A stretch of 64,000 nucleotides of DNA from Lingula anatina. Taxonomy: Eukaryota > Animalia > Brachiopoda. The DNA lies in the NCBI GenBank assembly GCA_051362555.1, contig CM120646.1:14198001-14262000 (forward strand), given 5' to 3'. Every line of letters starts with the position of its first letter. Within the stretch, counting starts at the first letter, position 1. Made by a program: the position numbers and the translations under genes. The notes under the pieces are model-generated. The model saw only the letters and a list, made by a program, of their open reading frames with translations. It had not been told where the DNA came from and did not search any database. Shown here piece by piece: positions 53,559 to 64,000 of this stretch.

Positions 53559-55952
53559 TCAGCAGTTGGCCTGTTTGTCATAATTCACGAATGCGTCGTT
53601 GAAATTAGGCAAGTGTCTCTTAAAGCACCGGAAGGCGGCAGCGTCGCACTCGCAGACTTGCGAACGGCACGAGCCTGCCCACCAGTAGTATTCAGGGGGC
53701 TCTGAATGAAAAGAAAAACAGGATGTACAGTTTTATAGATGGAAGGACGGCGAAACAGACAGACAGACAGACAGAGATAAATAGATACATGTAGTGCGAC
53801 TGAAAGCTGTGAATACGTCATGAATACACGACCATTCATCGGGCCATTTACGACCAATTTATAACGATTTATAACAATTGTACTGAAAATTTGAACATTG
53901 GACTAAATTAATATAGATGACTTGAAGTTAATAAGATTCTATCAACACTTACTGCAGTAGGGATCGTGGCATTTGTCGTATCGATATGGCACCAGATAGG
54001 GCGACTGTGCCCAGGCACAAATACCATTAAGGTCTATGTTTGCGAAACATTCGTCGTGTTTCTGACAGCATCTATTGTGGAAATATGAAAATATTCAAAG
54101 AAGTATAACGGGACACGGATTATTGTGCTTCCAAGGCTAATGCTTCTGATATCTTGTACATTTTTCACCTTTGATTTGAGCAATTTAACACTGGACGTCA
54201 AGTCTACGTATTAATCTTTATTGTTAAAAGTTTGACCATCGATTTTGTTTGCATATAGATGTTTTCTAACATATAATAACACGAAAAGCAATGATCACTC
54301 CCCCCCCCCACACACACACTCATACGTGCGCACACACGTACGCACACGCACATACAAACCTGCCCAAAACCGCGTTACCAATAAACATACTCACTCGTCT
54401 ATTCCGTCCACCGGATCCCCGGATCCTCCTACTCCGCAGTGACAACCATAACCACCTGGAAATCTGAGAGGGTTTTTCTCTTTGAGACACTGGGAAAGTA
54501 GGCGGTGCTTGAACACAGTGGCCGGGACCTCCTCCTCGGAGGTAATGGTGGGCGGGACTCCTGGGATAACTGAAATAGGACCATTTATATATCCCTCAAA
54601 CATTGAAATCTGTGGGATAGGATAACGAATAATCCTCACATATTAAAAACCTGAGCAGTAAGATAAGGATCTAAATAGGATTGTTAATATTCCTCACAAA
54701 GTGATATCTGTCGGATAGGATAACGAATATTCCTCACATATTAAAACCTGAGCAGTAGGATAAGGATCGAAATAGGATTGTTAATATTCCTCACACATTG
54801 ATATCTGTCGGATAGGATAAGGAAATAGGACTCTATATATTTCTTACACATAAATGTCTGAAGAATAAGATTCGAATGTAGGGCTGGCTATTCATATTCC
54901 TCACTCATTGATTTCTGTGGCATGGGATAAGGAAATAGCGTTATTGCCTTTACATGGGCCTCTAGATCAATAATAAAACTCATTCGCACTTTTATAGCAA
55001 AACATTTAGTAGATCATTGTGCACATCTTATCAATTGATTTAGAGAAGAACTTCAATATCGATCACCCCACTATACATTTGGTAATATTTCACCGACAAC
55101 GACTTACAGACGTCAATTGCGAAGTATAGCCTCTGACGGTCCGGGATAGCTTCCAAAGAACACCACTTGTTCATTCGATATTGGGGTGTGGTGGCGTCGT
55201 ACATTCCTTTGAGGTTTGTCCAGCAGCTTCCGTCGGGCGCGACGCTGAACGCTGTAAACCCAGCAGCATGTGCACCTCTTACGCATGCGTCAAGGTGTAG
55301 CGACATATTGGAGTAAAATGGAATGGAGACGTTGTAGGCGTAAAATGGAGCGTAACGAGAGAAAAACTGCCGCTGAGGATCGTTCCAGCATCCCAGTCTT
55401 CGGTGGTGTAGTATGATAGCTGGAATGATGATGTTAGACGTAATTAGATTTAGTAAGATCAAATTAGACTTGATCAATAGTAGGCCTGCGTATGGATATG
55501 AAATGTTATGGGAAATTTAGAATGCATACAAAGAGAGAGGAGGCGCAATGAAAACTGATTTGTGACGCATTTTATTTTACAAATTATGGAGTTTACATGA
55601 TACTTACTAAACCTAATTGGTTATTTTTTTCAAAATACGATTCATCCATATACCCAAATATCACCCCACTGCTTTTAATGTTCAAAAACGATCAAAGAAA
55701 TGGCCACAATCATATCCATTTAAGGCAATACGCGCCAGGACCGTATTAAGAAGTTAAAAAAAAAAAAAAAAGCAGGATGGCACCTAGACAGTCCGTGTCT
55801 CTCCTCCAGTCGCAGACGCCAAGCATAGGGTTATAGCGTGTGTCGTCATGGCACGCTTGTTCATAGCCCCTTCCATACTGACAGTGGACAAACTGGTCAC
55901 ACTTTGTAGGGTGGGTATTTAGCTGCAAACCTGGAGAGCATATTCTGTCTGA

Positions 55953-56014
<62 letters not shown>

Positions 56015-57862
56015 ATGTGTATCATGGTTATATGATATATCATTGCTGCTATGAACACACGGACAAAGAAGTGAAAAGAAAGGTTTCAATAAAAAAAAAA
56101 AAAAAAAATTGCAGTTCGCTCAAAGAGTTCTGGCCACCAGTGTGGAAGTCTATGCACAATGTACGATCCGCAATCAAACAGCCGTGCTCAGACTACTTTT
56201 TGACTCATAAAACAAAAAGTGTTCAACTTAATTATGTCTTATTCCTTTAACAAGTTACAGTATTGTGGTATCTTTCATTTGTATGGTTTAAAGAGAATAT
56301 ACACAGGAATTGTCAAAGATTAAAAGGAAGTCCTACATTATCCAAATATCAACCTTTAGATTACTGATTTTGTTTTAATTGAGCAATTGCCACTCTTCGT
56401 TGTGGACAAGAAAAATTGTATTGATGATAAGCAAAATGAATAAACACAGAGCCAAACAACCAACCAAATAAATACATAAATAAAGGAAAATACAGCCAAC
56501 AAACACATAAAGGTACTCTGTATAGGGTTTACCGACAAAAATTAAATTTCTTCGAGAAACAGCAATTTAATCCTTTTCAGGCATTATTGCTCGACCCAGC
56601 CCTGCACTTGGATTCGAAACTTTATTCCATTTTTAATTTAATAATTTAATCCAAAATGAATGGTCATTAATTGAGAGCGCCATGTCTTCATGTGCATTTC
56701 AGAAGAAACTATCGACGTCAGATACTTTTCGTGAGGGGATTTATAGCTTTTTTAAAAAGTCTGAATTCAGTTATATTAGCAGCTTTGCAGGATATGTACA
56801 TTTAAAACAACCTGACTTTGGAAAATTTTCAAACGCGTGCAGTATACCTCTAACGACTGTCTGTTAACATTAACGGTCTGAGCACGTGATTCATGTACAC
56901 GTTACACTCATTACACCGCTCTGCACATTTATCATGTGGACGTGCAGCCGTGCATGCGGTTTTATTGTGCGTGTAGAGCACGAGTATCAAGACCCGGTGA
57001 AACGCGTGTGAAAGGGCGCTCCTGTGACAAACACAGTGAAAACAGTACAACAAAGTCAAATTATGAATTTAAATAAGATATTTAGACTTGAATTCGAATT
57101 ACTACTTATGCCAACTTCTAGTGCGTTTCGGTGTTCCCTACCTACACTTAATATGACAATTATTTCACAAAATATAAAATACAAACACACAGGGTATCCA
57201 ATTAATGACACACACTTGCTAAAACGGAACTTAATGCGATGTCTTAATCACATTTTAATGGCTATCAAAACCAATTAACACGCTTTCATGTGTAGACCGG
57301 CGTATTCGCCGGTCATATTAAACAAGATCTCCAAAGAAAAATAAAAATAAAAGAGCAATTTAGGAAAAAAGGCTAAACATATATGAATTATAGAAAGGGA
57401 AATGACTAAGCGCCCAATTTTATAACAAGAAGGTTATATTTTACACGAAAAGTTGATATGATTTCGTCCATATGTTGTAAAATCGGCATCACTATGGATT
57501 AGGCATCTCTTATTTCTTTTTTTTTGCATATTACAAATCATGCCTTTGCGGTGTTTTTGGAAGTTTAACTCCTATCAGCAGAATTTTCGTTTCTTCCATG
57601 TCGCTACATCAGCATGTTATTTTTTCTTTAAAACAGTTTGGCAAATCGCTCCGATAAATCCCACGACTTTTAAATGTAATTTAACAGCGTAATCCACCTC
57701 TTGTTTTTAAAAAAGTTCTTTACTGATATATCATAATATATATAACTTTTCTGAATATTTTAAAAATCACTTACTCAGTTGAAGCTGTGATAATGTAAGG
57801 ATACCTGGGACCAGAAGACAAATGAGTATCGAAGCCACAAACGGTAACTTATCAGAAAACAT
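53559..57862 (-). CDS. Modular secretory phospholipase A2 (gene A): signal peptide + CBM14 chitin-binding + WSC-like + sPLA2, ~333 aa, 6 exons (57862-57775, 55948-55784, 55419-55108, 54569-54395, 54071-53953, 53701-53559)
   Basis: Ca-loop YGCHCGVGGSG, active-site CCQKHDECF, and CECD (Asp99 equivalent). CBM14 6-Cys pattern CSPG...HPTKCDQFVHC...QACHDDTRYNPMLGVCDW...C. WSC-like LGCWND...C...GFTAFSV..DGSCW. Intron phases 1,1,1,2,1 are all compatible. Confidence 0.88.
54562..54938. repeat. Degenerate intronic minisatellite, ~97-98-bp period with ~45-55-bp subunits
   Basis: TCTGT(G/C)GGATAGGATAA recurs at 54609, 54707 and 54804. Confidence 0.85.
55953..56012. repeat. (AAT)n microsatellite
   Basis: Direct reading. 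Abuts the splice acceptor of the CBM14 exon. Confidence 0.95.
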
Positions 57863-60639
57863 ATCCGATGACGGCCTCAGGTAAAAATCGACGACCCAAA
57901 CAGCGTAGATTTCTCAGTTGCAAAATGTTCCTTTAATATGTATTACTTCATGTGTATAATATAAACCTCGACGACAGGCAGCCGTAAGCACATATGTTCT
58001 GTCATATATTGCACTTCTTTAAAAGACAAACTGCATTTCCACCTTATAAAATTCAAACATAATTAATCTTGGTGTAATTTCTTATTTAAATCACCCACAT
58101 GAAAAAAATGTCCATATTCATGACTTAATTAACACGTGTACAGCCTCGATCCCAGAGCTGCCATCTTGACTACACTTTATATACTTTCTTAAGCCATTGG
58201 TCTAGCATAATTAGATTTTAAAAATCTTATTTGATAAGATGTAATAACTTTTCCCGTGCAACTAACAACCTCACTGAAAAGGTATTATTACAAATAGACA
58301 ATTACGCCTGCTTTCTTTCTCTAAACAACTGCTACCCCTCTAAGGAGAGTACACGAACCAAAATCCATTTAGTTGTAAAGTTTTACACCTCAATTTAATT
58401 ATTGTAATTTGTGGTGTAGCAAAAGGAAGACATGTTAATAACACACCACGATTCTGCCGTGATATGAATATCAATATTGTGAAAGCACATCGGATTTGAA
58501 CCGGGAGAGGTTTAATGTTCACTGTGGCCAGAGAGGTAAATCAAGAGGCGAATAGATGTTTACGCTTTTAAAGGTATACTAACCGCGTTTGAAAATGACA
58601 CGAAGTCACGTTTAATATGTCTAAATAATCTGCCAACAAGCTTATTTGTCCTATCCAAACCTTACAAACGATAAAAACCCAAAACCTGGTTGAACATGTA
58701 AAATTAATTGTTTTAATTATAAGTATTATACAACGTCGAAGTACAGGGGCGGGTAGAGCAATAGTTCGTGAGTAGAAGTCAACCGAAAAATTCGATTTGG
58801 AGGGAAAATTCCGGATAGGATACCTTTAACTTCACTCCACAAAGTAGAGAGTCCCATGGCGCGCCTTATAAGAGATACGCCAGGTGCACACACGATTAAG
58901 GTGGCATAAATGGCAACAATATAGGCCCCTTCTGTTGATACCCGCGAATAGCGAGGGGATGGGACTGAAACCATCATTTCAATTCGCACCCCTATTTACA
59001 AGAAAATATGAAACATAGAAATAAACCGCAAAAACTAGGCTTATGTCATATTGTTATGTTGAAAGATGCTGCGAAATCTTCCCACACGAACCCCGCATCC
59101 AAACCTCAGATTAATGACAGGCACATTTTTCGGAACGCTCACTTTTATCCTTGGATTTTTATTTTTATTTTTTTATTTTTTTATTTTTTTTGCAAACTAA
59201 AGATTTCACTTCCAGCACTCCACACCAAGTTTAAACATCGCAAACGTTCCTGTACAAAGTAAGGAGAAAAGCCGTTTTGATTCCTTAATCGTCTGCCATA
59301 AAAACAGGGATGGTGCTATGTACGATGTAGAACTAACCATGTGCTGTGGTTCAACGCATGCATTGTCCTGAAAAACCACTTCGCGAGGTGAGTGGTTACG
59401 GGTCACACACATGACAGGCCAAATTGCACATTGCCCATTGAAAGCCATTTGCACATTTGAAAGTCATTCGCACTTCCGGACTATAACATTGCGAGAGCAC
59501 ACGACAAAAGGGCATTGACTTTTTAAATTCAGCACTGCTACAATCTTTTTTTAAAGTTCTAGTTATATCAGCTTATCAAACGACGGATTATGAGAATAAC
59601 AATGATAAATAATTAAATTCTTAAATAGATCACGAAGACTTCATATTGAGTTGATCGTTGCGGTCACAGAATAGTAATGAAGATTCAAGTTCTGTATAGA
59701 ATGCATCAAGGCTGTGATTGGTCATGTGTCTTTCATTATCTTTTTTTTGTATTTTTCCTATTATCATTATTTGTACAACATATCTCTGTACTACACGAAA
59801 TGTGGTTTGTTTTCTCAGTTCTCAAACACGAGGACAACTGTGGGTTACGCTCTATTCGCAAAACCAGCTACACATCATCGTTATGTCATTTACGACTTTA
59901 TTGCGTATTTATATACATTGCGCATCGGAAATAACGCCATTATTTGCCTAAGTATAGTCGTTTGCGTTTATTAGACAACAGCAGAAAAGGCATCTGTGGT
60001 AAAGACACACGAAACATTTAAGTGCGTGTTTAGGTGATTCGAGAAACAGGTAGGTCTACTAGGGGGGCGTAAATAGAAATTTAACGTTTATGGGCGATGA
60101 AAAGCTTTTAAAGGCGTGCGTTAGGCTCGGGTGTAAAGTTATGAAATTCACGTTAAGCACAGTGTTTTCATTTTAATTTACTCGGAGGCTTACCAAGGTG
60201 GTTTTCTGATCAAACAAACAAAAAATGATTTTGGATTTGATCAATACTGAGTCACCCCCAGAATGCTATCGTTGTGAAGCAAAGAAAATTTTCATCAACC
60301 AAATTTTCAATCGGCTATAAGTCTGTAATAAGAAATAAAAAGTACAAAGGCCCATATATATTCCAACGATTATGTTGGAATGCATAAGCGACATGATTGA
60401 TATCATAACAACTTGTACATAACAAACGTAAATTGAAGTGAACATTTCAGAAAACGTATATAAATAAATATGACAAGGTAAGTGCTTTCCAATAGCATGT
60501 AAAACAATATAAACATTCACTGTCACAAAAAGTCATTTGAACAATAACTTGGTGCAATTTCAAAATCCGAGCGACACAACTACCACAATTAGCTACGACT
60601 CTCGTAGTTTCAAATAAGCATACAGTGCCATTCGTTGAC

Positions 60640-63401
60640 TCAGTGGCATTTTCTTTTGTCGTAGTTGACGTATTTGGCGTTGAAGGTCCCCCTCTGGTCT
60701 TGAAAACACTGGGCTGCTATCATGTCACACTTACAGATCTGGTAGCGACACCGCCCGTATAGCCAGTACCACGACGGAAGTCCTAGAACAGTGTGATATA
60801 AAAGGGAAAAATACCATTTATACTTAATGATGTTGCTTTTGAGCACCCACGTTGTTTCCTTATTGTTATCAATTAAATTCTGGTTCCTCAAGCACTTTAG
60901 CTATGGGTGAGCGGCTTCGGTAAGATATTTTGCACGCCAAATGTTTTAATGGTATAAATGGTCGTTGAAAATATTTAGAGGCGGACCACGACTATTAAAT
61001 AGGACTTAATCTTCACGAAGTCGGTAAGCCATAATCTTCTTCACACTCATTTGATGAAATTTTAGAGCAACATTAAGTAAAAAATATTTTTGGACATTTT
61101 ACAGGATATATAGGTCTACATAAAAAAATTTTTAAGTAACGGAGAGGGGTTTAATCGTGGAAAAATAATTAAATAGACATGATAAAGAAATGATAAAGAG
61201 ATCTTATATAACAAAATAAGTTTTCTTACGGCAGGCTGGCGTCATATTATTTCCCTTGCATCCACTGTAAGAGTAAGGAAGAAGATAGACAGTTAACCTC
61301 CAGTTACACTGCCCAGTTCTTGTCAACATCTCGTAACACTCATCGTGAATCTTACAGCACCTGTGAGGAAAAAAAAAACAATTAAATTAGTCATTGAGTC
61401 GTTCATGTACTTATCCCTTATGCATGCTATCCTTGATTCCTCTCAAGTACACGTAGGTTTCCTAAGATAAAATTTAGTTTATAATAACCTACTGGGACAT
61501 TTTATTAAAAAAATACTCTATTGATAGAGACTGTTTAGTTATCTTTCCTCACAATGCAAGGCACCGGTAACTTTTTCACCATAATTCCAAATCAAATCTG
61601 ACTTTCTCTTACTCTCTCTCCTCACACAGACAAGCACACACGCACGTGCATAAGGACACACACACGCAAACGCGAGTACGCACATTCACTTACTCGTCTG
61701 TGGGGTCGACTACTGCCCCGTGGCCACCAAGACCGCAGTGGCAACCATAACCATAATACTTCAGGGGATCCATGCCGGTCACACAGCCAACTAACGTACT
61801 GAACTCTGCCACGGATTCCAAAGGGTGATGCCCTGAAATATTCGATAGACCTTAAAAAAGACTGCCTAAATGAACCACTCGAATTGTACGTCTCTTTTAT
61901 GCGTGGAACTTTCCCTTCAAATTTACTTCACACAAAAAAAAAAAATAAATAAAAAATAAATAAATAAATAAATAAATAAAAAAGCCAGGAAAGCGGGAAT
62001 CTGGATATTAATGGCTTCTGATATCAAAAGAAGAACTGAGTGGCTTTTACCGTAGACACAACATTTATGATCATAAAACAACTACATATATCTAACAAAA
62101 TAAAGACGAAAATTGGGCAGTGTCACCTTGGGTTGAACCTGAAATAGTTAGAGCATCGTAACCGCAATTTCTACGGTCTTTAAGATATTTAAACTTCTTT
62201 AACCAAAAATGTTACTGTACACGCCCGTGATAATTTGGGTTTGGTAAAAGGGGGCAGTTACCAAATGAACCAAGATGCGTATTGTCGTGCTGTTAGCATA
62301 AATTTAATGCAATCAAGAATCACCTCAGTAAAATTCAGGGACCAAGGTAGGGAGGAGCGAACTCGACCCCCTCCCCCTCTCCCCCCCCCCCCCCCTTCGT
62401 GATACTGCCTCCGTCAGCAATTGTAATTCTTAAAATAATTTTCACCTTTGTCTACACGAAAAAGTCTAACTTGACCTTTTCTAGGCATGTCATTTTTACA
62501 GTGACTTGGCTGGTTTTGGGGGCTCTGCTCCACTGCCGTCTCCAGCTCCACGTCCGAGCTCAACGGCCCCCAGCAGTAGTTGTGCCTATCGATCCCGAAG
62601 TACCGGTGGCGTACCTTCAAGGCCTTGTGGGTACATCGGCGTAATGCGTAGGAGGCGTCTTGAAAGCGGTGGCGCGCGGGGTCACTTATATAGGTCAAGG
62701 TCGTGTCGTTTTCGTCACGCGCTGCTAATAAAGCTTTAAGGTCGATCTTAACTTCGTCTAGCTTTGCTGACAGCATTTTATTGGCATCGTCTATGCACCC
62801 AAGGTCCAGGACTGAGTGTCTGTGGAATTCTGAATAAGGAAGAGCATATCACTTTTTGGGTATTTATATTCTTATATTAAGTTGTACGACAGCGTCTTTT
62901 ATATTTAGAATTAATAAATAATGTTTTTTTCCTCAAAATTGGTATGCTCCGTTTATTACAGATATATTGTATTCATCCAAGGGGTAGTAATCTTATAAAG
63001 AAATTATAATTATTAACAAATTATTGGATAGAAGCGTATGAGGAAAACATCGAGAAAAAAACATAGACTCTGGCCGCGACTAAGAGAAACCCTAAAATTA
63101 CCCCCATACGGGTGCAAATAGTAGGTACACATTCATTCAACTTCAGTCTCCTTCAGCTTCTGTGATTTAACAGTAATAATTTTGGTTGTCATAAAAGCGA
63201 GGTCGAAACAAAGCAGCCAGTATAAACTGTTTGAATCAAAATTAAAACAAAAACGTGGTAGTATATAATGCATTAAATGTTAAACAAACATGCATTTAAA
63301 CAAAATGTACCTTTGATTTCGTCACTGATTTCAGCCGTAGCTGCAAATACCACGACGCAGAGAATGGTCAAACTCAAACTTTCCCCCAAACACCATGCCA
63401 T
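60640..63401 (-). CDS. Modular secretory phospholipase A2 (gene B): signal peptide + WSC-like + sPLA2, ~295 aa, 5 coding exons (63401-63311, 62829-62446, 61832-61694, 61360-61230, 60782-60640)
   Basis: Signal peptide MAWCLGESLSLTILCVVVFAATA. WSC-like LGCIDD...CTHKALKVRHRYFGIDRHNYCW. Ca-loop YGCHCGLGGHG, CCKIHDECY, CKCD, and 14 Cys in the PLA2 domain. Same intron positions as gene A. Confidence 0.9.
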
Positions 63402-64000
63402 GGCTGGAGTTTCGCCAAATTACGACGTGCCCCAACAAGTGAAGCAACGGACGCAAAAACGGCAAGCCCTGATGAAAAAATGAAAGGTCTCTGTCGAATC
63501 ACCCCTTCGACGCTGCGGTCGGTGGTACGTGACACACGGACACAACGCAGGTGACACTGCAGTGGTGACACGGATGGGCGTGGCAGTCTACTCAGCACAG
63601 AGAGTGACACGTGACAACTGTCTGAAGACTTGGCGTCGTTTTGTTTGTGATAACTGTTCATCTTTATCGAATGTAACACGTCCTCTGTGGCCTATTTTGC
63701 CATGTATTGCACATATACATGAAGAGTATTTGGATACTTTAATCACGGCATAACTTTAATTTTTTTCAGCCAAAAAGCATAATTTGCATAATTTGCGTTG
63801 CCGTTCATCATGACAGCAGGCTATGTTTAATATATTTATAACCCTTCGTAGTTCCAAAAAGTTAAGTCCTCTGAAATGCAACGGGACGTGTGGCCAAAGA
63901 AAAACTTTTTTGTTTGTTTTTTTTATGAAATCTCACTTTATATTTAGTAAATGTGCCGAATATTAATATTGCTCTCTCTATTGGCTGTTATAGAAACCGC

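Noticed and set aside
54600-54940. Repeat array superficially like a CRISPR array
   Set aside because: Eukaryotic intron; the units are wholly repeated with no unique spacers, and there are no cas genes
56848-57021. Possible extra Cys-rich exon in intron 1 of PLA2 gene A
   Set aside because: The required phase-1 frame hits a TGA after about ten codons
57295-57314. Perfect 8-bp GC hairpin GACCGGCG-TATT-CGCCGGTC
   Set aside because: Could be a transposon subterminal palindrome, but no matching other end was found

Overview
AT-rich eukaryotic (invertebrate, probably lophotrochozoan) genomic DNA with spliced genes that the ORF track mostly misses. I assembled the exons by hand from GT-AG sites and phase continuity. 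The window holds: a 5-exon orphan secreted Cys-containing protein (866-3591, -); a 4-exon secreted protein with two atypical Kazal domains (6416-7946, -); two paralogous single-coding-exon rhodopsin-class orphan GPCRs (12245-13537 and 41695-43140, -) separated by ~28 kb with no recognisable coding sequence but several MITE-like elements; a secreted 8-Cys beta-defensin-like peptide with 3 coding exons (46158-47038, +); an uncharacterised single-exon ORF (49809-51074, +); and two tandem modular secretory phospholipase A2 genes. The most striking item is the PLA2 pair. One encodes signal peptide + WSC-like domain + group I-like sPLA2 (60640-63401, -). Its paralogue carries an extra symmetric phase-1 exon for a chitin-binding CBM14 domain (53559-57862, -), making it a candidate chitin/glycan-targeted phospholipase. 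No database searches were run, so family calls rest on motif recognition and novelty is unverified.
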